From Neodothiora populina (taxonomy: Eukaryota), in contig NW_027191409.1 in the NCBI RefSeq assembly GCF_041146345.1, positions 1,612,001 through 1,676,000 of the forward strand: 64,000 nt of DNA. The letters run 5' to 3'. Below the pieces are notes generated by a model. It searched no databases. It was not told the DNA's origin and saw only the letters and a program-made list of their open reading frames with translations. Position numbers and translations under genes: made by a program. This document shows positions 52,388-64,000 of this stretch, one piece after another. Every line of letters starts with the position of its first letter. The stretch's first letter is position 1.

Positions 52388-53935
52388 TCAAGAAGAAGCA
52401 GTCTGGTTGATCTGTACCTTCTTATCCTCTCCCGCGCTAACGATGCCCCAGCTCTCGTCCCACTGCAGACCGAAGACCTTGACGCCCTCGCCGCCGACCG
52501 TCTTCTTGCCTGATCCTTCCCTGTCGACGACGAAGACACTCTCGCCGACCATACCTCCACTGCCGCCTTCGCCGCCCGGACCGGCGTTTCCTGCTTTGGC
52601 GTTCCTGACGTCCCAGACCCTCACGGAGCCGTCGTGGCTGCCGCTCGCAAAGACGAAGCCGCTGGATGGAGATGACGCGAGAGCGACGACGGCGTTGGCG
52701 TGGCCGCGCATGGTCATGGCTACTATACTCGTCGCTTGAGCCCTGGGGTCGACGAGAGTGATGTGTCTGGCCGAGGTTCCTGCCGCGACGAGGTTGACTG
52801 CGGGCAGAGCGGTGACTGAAAGTAACGAATGGGACGTCGTTCGTGTGTCGACGCAGGTTTGAGTCGTCAAGTCCCATGTTTTGAGGCTGTGGTCCCACGA
52901 GGTGCTGTAGCCTACTGTCGCATCGTCTGGCTTGAATATCACGTCGGACACGGGAGCCGAGTGGCCGGCCATTAGACCCAGAGCACCGCGCTGGGGTGTG
53001 TTGAGTCCTGACGAGGGACCGGCCATCTTGCGTCGTTTTGTGGATGGTGCAGCGAGAAGGACCGGGTTTGCGGTGGGAGCGCCTGCTTTGGATGTGGTGA
53101 AGATTCCGACGCTGTGGTCTGCAGACGCCGACAGGATGCGCGACGAAGGCGCGTGGACGGCGATTCTGTCGACGGAGCCCTTGTGGCCGTAGAGATCGAG
53201 GCTAGGTGTGATTTTGTCGTTGTTGTAGTCCCACAGACGTATCGTTCTGTCCAGTCCTGACGATGCTAGCTTGTCTCCACTGATGAACTTGACATCTTTG
53301 ACGGGTCCAGTGTGACCTCCATCCGTCGCAGAAGACGAAGTGGCCAGAAGCTCTTGCGATTTGTCCCAGATGCGAAGCAGACCGTCGTAGCTGCCAGAAA
53401 CCAGTCGATCCTGTACGGTGATGTCCGAGGAAGCCTTCTGTGCCCATTTTCCTGCGGGAGAGGTTTGCGACAGCAGATCTATCGAGCTGATCCAGTCGTC
53501 GTGCTCAAAGGACGCGACATGAGGAGGCGGGATGAGCGCGCGGACATATTCGACGTTGAGGGTCGTCTCCGAGGAAATGCCATTTGCGGTAAGGAAGTCA
53601 TCGATGGAAGTCCTGAGGAATTGGCCATTGATGAGGAACTCAAAGGGCACTGGTTGCTCGGTGTCGAGGAGACGATTGACGAGTGTGGAGAGTTGGTATC
53701 GGCGAAGTTCTGGTCAGAAAAGTCAGTCATGAGTCTTGGTCAAATCAAATGCGCCACACAATCCTCAAAGGAAGGTGCACCGCATCCATAGAGAAATCAT
53801 CAAATGCAAGAGTTCAAAAGACAAAAACTCACCAGTAGAGACGAGGATTGGGCCCGTATCCTCAGGCAATTCGATATCCGGACTCCGAGTGCTCAGTTGA
53901 ATCCTGACCTGCGAGGTGGTAGTCGTCGTCGCCAT
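52388..53935 (-). CDS. YTM1: Ribosome biogenesis WD40 protein Ytm1/WDR12
   Basis: NLE domain (LRRYQLSTLVNRLL..PFEFLINGQFLRTS..LNVEY), HDDWISS, SGSYDG and WD repeats. One intron. Confidence 0.95.
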
Positions 53936-54350
53936 GATTTTGGTGTGTGATACCGTCTATACAAATACAAGAACCAATAATCTCTAGATGAACATCAAAG
54001 TCTCGAACTTTTCGGACAAGGTAATCGGCAGAAAAGTGATATGGGGAAGGTACGCCGAGGGGCGGTGAGAGACGTGGCTCCATTGGGTCTAGCCTCAATC
54101 ATCACATAGAGGCAGGGCACGGGCACCCTGGGGGACATGTATATAACTGATATATGTCCTACACTGAAGAATGTGACTTCACAGTATCGGCAGCAACAGC
54201 ACCGTGAGAGCTGCTCCTTCAATTACGACTATATACTTGTCAAGCTAGAAACATATCCAAGAGAAGATCCGCCCCCATTTTTGGCAATATCCTCCTTCCC
54301 CTTCATACATCCACAGGCATAATACAATCGCTCATGATAGTATATTCCCA

Positions 54351-55982
54351 TTAACACAGTCTGGGAAAGTTGCCTGCTCCACAGTGTCGCCAAGTCGAAA
54401 TATACTCGCACGTCCAGCTCGTAGTGATGTTTGGATCTCCGACACCGTCATAAGTCGTCCTGTAAGGAAAGCGGCAGTGAGGTCGCTCGAACGCAATCCC
54501 CTGCGAACTATCGTCGTTGACGAACTTGGTGCCCGTCAGAGTGTCTGGCGCATCGCCGTTCTCTACCCAGTTGACTAAGTCGTTGATGATGTTGTCAGAA
54601 GCCGCTCTTGCAAGCCCGTTCTGTCCAAACATCCAGGCACCGTCTCCCACCGCACAGTGTCCTGCTCCACTGATGCGAAAGAAACGAAAGAATTGATCCA
54701 TCTGACCGTGCGTGATTCCCATGGTCTGAGCTACGTGAATATAATAGCGCATGCTCTGTTCTCCCGTGATGACGTGGTCTTGCATGCCATGATGAACGAT
54801 CAATTTTCCCCCTGCGGCGCGAAATGCGCTCAGATCACCACTATTCGTCGAAACATATCCATGCACCTCGTCAAGATTATCGGACAGGGTATAGTCGGCT
54901 TGACCCAAAGTCTTGGGATCCCAGTCTTTGTCGTTATACACAGCGTAGGCGAACCAGTCATGAGTCAAAGCTTGCACACTGCCCGTCAATGTGCCGTCGG
55001 CTGCTGCATCCACCTCGGTTCCAGGCGACAATCTTGGGAAGAGTAAAGTGCCCTGCTGGTCGTAGAGTTGCGAGTAGACATTCCTCACTGCCGTAACTTG
55101 TGTTGAGGTCAGACACCTCGTGTCGGAGCTGACGCCACACCGTAGTACAGTCGCATTGAAGTCGCAAATACTCGAGTCTTCAAGGATGCCGTCGGCTACA
55201 CCGTCGAGGACTTCGTCACATTGATCCAGGACGTGTTCGTGTACGAAGCCCCACTGGTCTTCTGACATGGCGCGATCATCTGTGCCAAAACCAGTAATCA
55301 GGTAGAACCTTCCAGACCAGTCGAAGAGATGGTTTACATCTGAAGCAGGTGAACCGGCGATGATTCCATTGAAGTCATTAGGATAGACTTGAGCAGACTT
55401 GAGACCCTGTCTTCCGCCAGTGGAACAACCCAGAAAGTAAGAGTAGTTCTGAGGAGTGCCATAGTACTGTTCGATGACCTGTTTGGTCGCAACCACAGCG
55501 ACGTGACGAGATCTGTAGCTCCAGTCCACAATGGCCGCGTTGTTGTTTTCGAAGTCTGTACCATCATACGAGGTGGCATTATGGCCTGCATTGTCTCCTG
55601 ATACAGCAAAGCCCATGCTGGAAGTATAAGCCATATCATTGTAACCGACACCTAGATCAACACTCAGCAAATCGATCATGATATACACGATTTGCGTCTA
55701 CTCACATCCGTTGAGACCCTTGTTGTCTGTGGCCAGATATCTGCCGTTCCAATCTGTTGGCAGCCAAACTTCCATGTAGTTTTCAGAGCTATCGCTGGTG
55801 GCTACACTCAACCCTACCCTGCAAACATCGACCTGAGGATGTGTGACAGATAGGCAAGTGGCCTGGGCACCCTGGACATTGATGGTAGATCCAGCAGCAT
55901 AGTATCCGCATGAATCGATAGATGCTGTGAGATTGGAAAGAACGAGGGAAGCGCAAATGCTCTCACACAGTGCTACCGACAT
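54351..55982 (-). CDS. Tannase/feruloyl esterase family protein
   Basis: EVWLPTDWNGRY, GCSTGGRQG, DGVADGI, GGKLIVHHGMQD, FFRISGAGHC, NWVENGDAP, RPHCRFP. One intron near 55652-55705. Confidence 0.93.
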
Positions 55983-57500
55983 TGTTGAGAAAGAAAAGAA
56001 AGAAAGTGAGATGTAGGAACAAGAAATGAAGAGATTCTGCTGTTGTGGAAGATTCAAGGATAGTATACAAGTAGAACGAATGGCAGGAAACTATCAACAA
56101 AAACGAATGGCTGGTCTCTACTGGAGACCACTGTAAGGGAACGATGCAGCAAGGCTTGAAGAGACAGAGAGGTAGTCGACCAGCAACCTTATAGAGATCT
56201 GGTAAACATTTGTGCGCGAGACCCATTCGGTCTTGACTTTTCGTCGTCATTTCCACATCTGCCAACTGCTGCGAGGCACAATCCTTCGCAGCTGCAACAA
56301 TCCCTGTACCTGGAAGACATAAAGGGAGGCATATCGGGAAAGACACATGCACGGAGCGCAGATGGGGGCAGTACCTACATGGACGTGACTCGGGTTTTGC
56401 TCTTCTGTAGCAACCATCGTAACCTTTCTTATTGCTGATGGTATAGTTCCATCGCAGGTTTTCTTCAGCAAGCTGGATTAAAGCGCATAATCGTCGCTTG
56501 CCACTCTGTCTGTTGGGTCCGGGGGGCATGAGTGACATCGTGGGCTATCAACGGTTCGCATAGACGGTATGTGTCGACGCTGCGAAAAGCAGCTGCAGAG
56601 GAGAGGTCTCCGAAAACGGTGCTGCTAAGATTTGTTTTGCAGATGCGTATGTGTGACTGATTCGGGTAGTTGCACCATACATTAGTTCCGAGGACCTCAT
56701 GCGCTCAGTATTTCAGATGCAGTAGCGTTCTCTAGTGCGCTGCAGGCATATTCTTGTCTTTTTGCTTGATCGCAAGCCATATCTCGTCAAGTAGTCAGGT
56801 ACCAGGCGCGGATCACCCACCTAGGGCAGGGAATATGCTTGGACGGAAGAGAAGTTTATTGGTGGTGGTGAAACATCTTTGTGTTACAGTCGACGAGGAT
56901 GGAAGAAAGCTGGGTGTTGACGGCGTTGAAGTAGTAGTCGAGCCCACACCTGAGGTATGGCCGTCGGACCGCTCTGCCGTGATCGCCCGTTGATCGTCAG
57001 GTCTGATCGTCTTCTATCCCATTGTGACTTTTTGCGACTGCAAGCACCTTTGACACATGAAACATGTCCTGTAGGGTTTTGCTTTCCATCATTTGAGGCA
57101 GGAGTAAGCCTCACTCGAAAATAGACTTTGAGTATCGTATATTTATGAACATAACAAACAGCGGTTGGACCGGCACTGCCTGACGCAGGCATACAAGCAA
57201 TCAATATAGCCACGACTTTCTCGTAACTTCAAGTTTCCCTCCTACCGCACAGTATTCCCTCGGCCTCCTTGCCAACTGGTGCAACCAAACCCCCCCCAAA
57301 TAACCAGAAAAGAATATGGCTAGCTTTCGCAAAGGCGGGAAGATATCCAGCAAGGTCAGCTAAATAAATCGCGTTGCACAAAAAGCGTCGACTAGGTAAA
57401 TAGCTATTATTCTCTGACCCTAATGTTTCACAAGAGTCCTCGAAACTTGGCCAGGTCGGGCTTCGTGCTTCATGCTTCATGCTCCATGCATGACCTACCA

Positions 57501-57550
57501 GCCCTGCCCTGCCCTGCCCTGCCCTGCCCTGCCCTGTCTTGTCTTGTCTT
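57501..57550. repeat. Compound microsatellite (GCCCT)7(GTCTT)3
   Basis: Read directly from the sequence. Confidence 0.9.
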
Positions 57551-58234
57551 GCCTCTGTATGGGACTGCTGAAATAGGTATGGTATCTACGAGGTGTTCGT
57601 GCTGACAAGCTCGGGTTGTAAATGCTATGACTTTCCAATATGGGTAGAGAGTATTGAGGGGTTAGGCGAGGCTTTTGGTAACCTTACCAGAGAGTTATAA
57701 CGAGATTGGACAAGTTTTCTGGTACTATAATGTTTCCTTCACAGTACTCAATATGTTACTGTAACATATCCCAGTATGTAGAGCCTATTGCTATGCTGCG
57801 CCATTGATCAGATGGCTGTATGTCTGTCTCCCTTTTACTGTAGGACCGACCGACTTTACTGTACCTTACTACACCCACCACAACCGCCCCTCCTAGCCAC
57901 CAGGAAATGAGAAGTGAGGGGCTCGACGGAACAGTAGGTGAGCGGTGTTTGTGTTCGAGAATAGGCAACACAAACGGCAAAACGACGTAGCAAAGACCCC
58001 GGGTTTTGAGGACGAACAAGTGGTACTTGTTGTTTGATAATGTGTTTTTCATGCATTCTGTTCTCAGACTAGCTGGAGGCCTGGTATGGCCTTTTCTTCT
58101 TTTCTCCCTCGCGGTGTATATCTAAATCTTACACCTTGGTATCGCATCTGCGCCATTTCTCTCGTCTCTTTCGCCTGCTCGATCATATTAACAGGTCTAT
58201 CTCCTCCATCTCAGCTATACAGAATATCCAATAA

Positions 58235-59155
58235 CTAAAGATCAAACAACTTCTTGACCTGAGCGGCGCAATCATCTGGGTTCTGGACGCTGTGGCCAAT
58301 GGTGCGCGAGTCGGCGTAGATCTCGTGGTCGTTGCCGCCGACCTCGGTCTTGTCACCGAAGAAGTGGATGGTGGTGTAGTCGACGCCGCCAGGTAGGTTC
58401 TTCTCGTTTGCGACATGCTGGAGGCAGTATGTCTTGTCCCAGCCGCGGGGGAAGATGTCAAACGAGATCTGGCCGCCGATGGAGTAGCTAGCAGAAGGGT
58501 TGTGTCAGATTGAGAAAGAGAAAAGAACATAGAAAAGACTCACGTGAGGCCGAGATCAGGGAATGCAGCCTTGATGTCCTCGACAAACTTTGCTCTGATG
58601 CCTCTCTCCAAGTCGTACACCTGGTACTCGTTTCGCTCCTCGACACTGGCGTTTCTGCCAATGGGGCTGACGTTGATCATGCCATTTCTGAACTCGATGA
58701 AGGTGCCTCTCTTCTTGGGGATGTCGAGGTCGGCGATGTAGTGCAAGATGAACTTGACGAGCTTCTTGTAGGGCTCCTCGCCGATCCAGTTGATGAAGCT
58801 TTGAGTCGCGAGAGGGGCGCCCATGCGGTATGCGGTCAACCCGTTCTCAGGGAAACAGAAGTCAAACAGCGCGGTGACGGGGATCTCGGGCGTGCCGAGT
58901 TGCTCTTGTTGCTTAGCGAAATCTGAACCGCCGACATAGCCAATGGCGACCTTGTGTCTGAGACGAGAGAGAAGTTCGAGCATCTCAGGGCTTCCAGCCT
59001 ACCAACGACAGTCAGCTGGTTGCATGACTGCAAGAAAGATAGAAACTCACTCTTCTGGCGGGAGTTAGAGTGTTGTCGACATCGAAAAGCACAATGGTGT
59101 TCTTGATTGGGCGCTCACTCAGCGCAGGAATGACTGCTGCTGTCACCGCGGCCAT
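58235..59155 (-). CDS. SEC53: Phosphomannomutase
   Basis: HAD motif [59 protein letters not shown]. Two introns. Confidence 0.96.
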
Positions 59156-60192
59156 TTTGGTATGGGATGGAATGTGTAAAGACCGGAGTCGGATTTCTGC
59201 TTTGAAGATGGAAGAAAACAGCTGGACGAGTCTCAGTGCTTGTCAGTCGAGCGCAGATCAGAAGAACAAGACGATCGCTGGTAATAATTATATTCAACAA
59301 GGACAGGATCCTCCCCGGAAGTCAGGGGCAAGGGTCACAAAACAATCTGGCCCTTTTAAGGACATGTCGCGGGGTAGAGGGGCAGACAGACAGACAATTT
59401 AACGGAAAGACATATTCGCAGACTTACATGGTAGGGAGTGAGTGAGCAGGTGAGGATAATATATCACAGACTCCAAAAGCAGGACTCGAGAGTATTTGAG
59501 GTAGAAGAACCCTTCAGTGATCCTTCTGAGTCACTATATGTGGCCTTTCTTTCCTACCATGAGAAGAGACTTGTCCCTTTCGTATACAGCATGCGCGGTC
59601 TGGGGAAAGCTATGACCAACCACGACCAATGTGTTGCTGTTTTTAGATTAAAGACAGATACTGTAGGATATGCTGAGAGGTACGGTATCGTAGGCAAGAC
59701 AGAATGACAAACTGGGTTCTGACACTGTGTTTTATCCACATAGAATTCGCAAAATCATATCGAGGGACGCCAGGCGAAAGTTATCACTCCATTAACAGTA
59801 CAATTGGAACCATGCGGTCGTTGAACAAAAGCGAGAAAATCGCGAATCTTGTTATATAGAGCATCATCCCATCTACGCTTCGCTGGGATTCGACCCAACG
59901 ATATTGTCATAAAAACACGTTGCTCTAAACCCATACATGCGTAGACTTGAAGACCAAAAAAGGAAAAAAATTGGACATGTCATGCTTTGCTGGCCCCATC
60001 CCCCACACCAGACCAAGAACCCGTCTGGACGGCCAGAAAACGCTATGCAATTCAACTTTTTTGTTCCCCCCCATCGTCCAAGAGCCGTTTGCGCCATACT
60101 AGAAACATCTATGATTTCGTTTCGCCTCTGGAGTCGATGTTGCTCGATGCGAATGATAAAAAGCCTCTGTGGGAAACTTTTGGATTGGTCGT

Positions 60193-61944
60193 TCAATCCT
60201 GGATGGGCTCCAGGGTGCTTCCTGCGAGGATGGTGGCCCATCCGATCAGACGCCAATGCTTCTCGATTCTTCGCGAAAGAGCGACCTTCTCGCCGATCTC
60301 TGTGCATGCCGGGCTGGTGAGTTGAAGTCGGGCAGCATCGGCCTTGACGGCGATGACCTTGGCACCGGTGGCGGTGGAGCCGATGTTGACCATGAGGACT
60401 TCGTTCTTCGCAAGCTTGGCGACCTTGGCCTGCTTGCCGTCGGCGGTCTTGACACCGAGCAGACGACGGAGCAGGAAGTAGTTGACTTCGATTTCGGTGT
60501 AGATGGCGGGCAGCTTTCCACGGAGACCGAGGACGAAACCGACGAGACGGTCGGCACGGCAGAGGGTGGGGTCGACGCGGGTGCCGACACCTGTGATTCG
60601 GATTAGTGTATCGTTCGTGGAATAGCTGGAAAAGGACTTACCGATGAGACCACCGGGGACGGCAAACTTGAGGTCGTTGTTCTCGGCGAAAAGCGAGACG
60701 ATTCTGCTGAAGATGGGCTTGCACTGGATCTTTCCTTGGTCGTCCTTGCTCACGATACCGGGCCTGATCTCGATTTCGTCGCCGAGCTTTAACACACCGG
60801 TCAGGATGGAACCACCAGCGACACCACCCTTGAGCTCCTCGATCTCGGCACCGGGCTTGTTGACATCGAAGGAACGAATGACAATCATGTGGGGTGCGGC
60901 GGAAAAGTCTCTCGGGGGGACGGGGATCTTGGAGACGAGGTACTCGTTGATGGCGTCAATGTTGAACTTGAGCTGGGCAGAGATGGGAATGATGGGGCTT
61001 CCATCGGCGACGGTGCCACGGATGAATCGCAGAATGGACTCGTGATGTTGGGCGGCGGCCTCTTCGCGCATGAGATCGACCTTATTCTGGAGGATGATGA
61101 TGTGGTTGAGCTTCATGATCTCGATGGCGGCAAGATGCTCAGAGGTTTGGGGTTGCGGGCAGCTTTCGTTGCCGGCAATGAGGAGAAGGGCGGCGTCCAT
61201 GACGGCGGCGCCAGACAACATGGTGCTCATGAGAATGTCGTGACCGGGGCAATCGACGAAACTGGAGTAGAGAAGTCAGTGGGAATTTATGGGTGTGGTC
61301 GAAAACAAACTCACGAGACATGTCTCAGCAGACGATATCTGCCGCTGCATCCTTCTCTCTCGCACGGAGGGTCGACCTCCTTCTCACTCTTGTAACTGCG
61401 GTAGCAAGTGGGACGGGGGCACTCGTCGTTGTCACACTTGTAGATCTTTGCGTTTGCGTAACCCAGCTTGATGGTGATGTTTCGCTCGAGCTCGTTCTTG
61501 AAACGGACGGTCTGGACGCCGGAGATGGCCTTGACGACGGTGGACTTGCCGTGGGCGACATGGCCAATGGTTCCGATGTTGATGGTTGCTGGGGATGGGT
61601 CAAAATATGTGAGGGTGTTGGTTCGTTCATGGATGCATACCTTGGCGGGCGATGATCTCGGGCGAGAGAGGATTCAGCTTGCTCACGTCGATGGTGGACG
61701 GGTCAGGTTGCTCTAGTATCAGGTCAGAGAGAGGCGGTCTTGACCTGTGTGGCTATAGAAACTGACCAGGAAGGTATGGCTTGGTGGGCAGAGCGGCGAC
61801 GGGGGCAGTCTTCTTGAGGGCGGACTTGGGGGCGGAAGACTGCTCGGGGGCATCGTCCCCGCTCTCTGAGCTGTCCGACTCGTTGTTGTTGTTATCCTGC
61901 TGAGGGTTTTGTGGCAACTCGTCGTCGCTGTACTGTGACGCCAT
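60193..61944 (-). CDS. GCD11: Translation initiation factor eIF2 gamma subunit
   Basis: [56 protein letters not shown]. Four introns. Confidence 0.97.
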
Positions 61945-62346
61945 GATTGCGGTTTTTTTTCTTTCCTGCTCTTTCTCGGTGGGGGGTTGCGAGGGCGCAA
62001 AGGGTGGAAGTGGCAGAGACGGGCGACTGGAGGACCGAGGCTGTAGCGTTGAGGGTGATGCTGGTGTCGAGAAAGCGGTCGACGGGAGAACACTTTGGTG
62101 GATAGGTATGGAGCAGACTCGTAGTAAGTGCTGTAGCAAGTACTGTACTGTATATCAGGCTTGCAGTACAGTATGAGTCGACGGTGGGTGTGCCCTGGTA
62201 GTAAGCCCTATGCTCGGGCTCGGTCTCTCACTCCCGAGATTCTCTGGGCGAGCGAGCGAGCCTTGGCATCGACAAGAAATATCACGAAGAATCACAAATT
62301 CCCGATCATCAACCAAAAAAGGAATAGCGTCCACAGAGCACCCCGG

Positions 62347-62366
62347 CCAATTAGCGTCGCGGCAAT
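62347..62366 (+). promoter_or_regulatory. CCAAT box matching the CBC:HapX bipartite motif (CSAAT-N12-RWT) upstream of cytochrome c1
   Basis: CCAAT TAGCGTCGCGGC AAT, about 240 nt upstream of the CYT1 ATG. Confidence 0.4.
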
Positions 62367-62603
62367 CAGAGAACGCAAAGCAGCAGAAGAGAGCAGGAAC
62401 GGGAGCGCAGGACTTGGACTTTGGCAGGTGCGCTGTACTTGTTCGAGCACATCCATCGCTGCTGCTGTTGCCGTCCGTCGTCGCTGTCGTCCCGGTATTC
62501 ACCACCTCTTCTGTCGCTCTACCACATCACCCTCTCCATCTCTCCCCTCTACATCCTCCTCCAAAGGTCTCATCCCCACCTCTGGCCACATTTGTCAATC
62601 GCA

Positions 62604-63841
62604 ATGTTGGCAAGGTCTACCGTCTCGTCCGCGCGCACCGCCGCCGCCGCCGCCCGCAATGCTACCTCCAGGACTGCCACGGTATGTTCGCGCCATCCTA
62701 TTTCATCTCAATTCACTCGGAAGAAGCAGAAAGAGCGAAGAGAAAAAAAAACAATCTAGCAGCAAGCCATTGACGCACACCGCTGACTGCTACCTCTCAC
62801 ACAGCGGTCCGCCTCGACTTCCTCCACCTCCGAGGCTTCTTCTCAATGGAAGGGCAATGCCTTGACCGCCGCCTCCGGTGCTCTCGCCGTTGGCTCCGTC
62901 GCCTGGTACTACTACCAATTCGTCCGTCCTGCCTACGCCATGACTCCCGCCGAGGAAGGGTGAGTTTTTCCTTTTTTTTCTGGTTTCCATCTTCCAGCTC
63001 TGCTGCATCGCCGCCACTGACGAGTCCGACAGTCTCCACCCCACCAAATACCCATGGGAACACGAGAAGACATACAAGACATACGACCACCAGGCCCTCC
63101 GCAGAGGTTTCCAGGTCTACCGCGAGGTCTGTGCCTCTTGCCACTCGCTGCAGCGCATTCCCTACAGAAACGTCGTCGGTAGCATGATGACCGTCGACGA
63201 GGCCAAGGCCCTTGCCGAGGAGAACGAGTACGACACCGAGCCCAACGACGAGGGCGAGATCGAGAAGCGCCCCGGAAAGCTGTCCGACTACCTCCCCAGC
63301 CCATACAAGAACGACGAGGCCGCCCGCGCCGCCAACAACGGTGCCCTGCCTCCGGATCTTTCGCTCATCGTCAAGGCCAGACACGGTGGCTGCAACTACA
63401 TCTTCTCGCTTCTGACCGGTTACCCCGAGGAGCCCCCGGCCGGTGCTGTCGTTCCCTCCGGCCTGAACTTCAACCCTTACTTCCCCGGCACCGGAATCGC
63501 CATGGCCCGTGTTCTCTACGACGGCCTTGTCGAGTACGACGACGAGACCCCGGCCACCACCTCTCAGATGGCCAAGGATGTCGTCGAGTTCCTGAACTGG
63601 GCCGCCGAGCCCGAGATGGACGACCGCAAGAAGATGGGCTGGAAGGTCATGGCCGTGACCGGCACTCTGTTTGTCATGTCCATCTGGGTCAAGAAGTAAG
63701 TTCCTTTTTTTTTGTTGCAGTAAAGCACAAATACTAAACTTCGGCAAAAACAGGTACAAGTGGTCCACCATCAAGACCAGAAAGCTCGTCTACAACCCTC
63801 CCGTCAGCTCCGCCTCCAAGAACCCCTCCAGCCGTCACTAG
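62604..63841 (+). CDS. CYT1: Cytochrome c1, mitochondrial precursor
   Basis: Bipartite presequence, mature start MTPAEEGLHP, heme motif CASCH, ARAANNGALPPDLS, FNPYFPG..IAM and a C-terminal TM. Three introns. Confidence 0.97.
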
Positions 63842-63898
63842 ACGATTCGTCTCGGCTTGAACGAATTTCGAACCTTTAGGTAATATTGGGGGGATGTG

Positions 63899-63914
63899 GT
63901 GTGTGTGTGTGTGT
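63899..63914. repeat. (GT)8 microsatellite
   Basis: Read directly from the sequence. Confidence 0.85.
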
Positions 63915-64000
63915 GGATATGGAGAAGATTTCTTTTCTTTTTGTTTTGTGTCTCACCGAGCCCTTGCTCTCTTTGTCTGCTGAAAACGCACAAGTAGAAG

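Noticed and set aside
11991..59533. TGA[C/G]TCA sites at 11991, 36231, 44181 and 59527 as a shared CpcA regulon
   Set aside because: About 8 copies are expected by chance in 64 kb, so there is no enrichment.
59875..59945. tRNA-like segment on the minus strand (GGTTTAGAGCA ... TTGGGTCGAATCCCAG)
   Set aside because: The T-loop is one base short, there is no convincing acceptor or anticodon stem, and it lies just downstream of eIF2-gamma.
16005..63841. Secondary-metabolite or other functional gene cluster among the housekeeping genes
   Set aside because: No backbone enzyme or pathway coherence. The genes have unrelated core functions.

Overview
Intron-rich filamentous ascomycete genomic DNA, probably Dothideomycetes (inferred from protein style and GT-AG introns with CTRAC branch sites). 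About 16-64 kb is a conserved housekeeping block: eIF3j, clathrin heavy chain, INSIG, a GAP1-like permease, a CAMKL kinase, ZW10/Dsl1, an M16 metalloprotease, pyruvate carboxylase, a small con-8-like gene, YTM1, a tannase/feruloyl esterase, PMM/SEC53, eIF2-gamma and cytochrome c1. It also holds a decayed Ty1/copia gag relic at about 49.4-49.8 kb. The first 15.4 kb looks accessory. It has a BIG1/Voa1-like gene, a 609-aa orphan with an internal Med15/KIX-like motif, and three consecutive surface or glycosylation genes (GT71, GT31, a single-pass Ser/Thr-rich protein) that each carry a coding lesion. In both glycosyltransferases a conserved Trp codon is replaced by a stop. Non-coding DNA is strongly enriched in the palindrome TAC[A/T]GTA and in AGGTAAGGT. 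No rRNA, convincing tRNA or CRISPR array was seen. All family assignments come from motif recognition by eye, not database searches.
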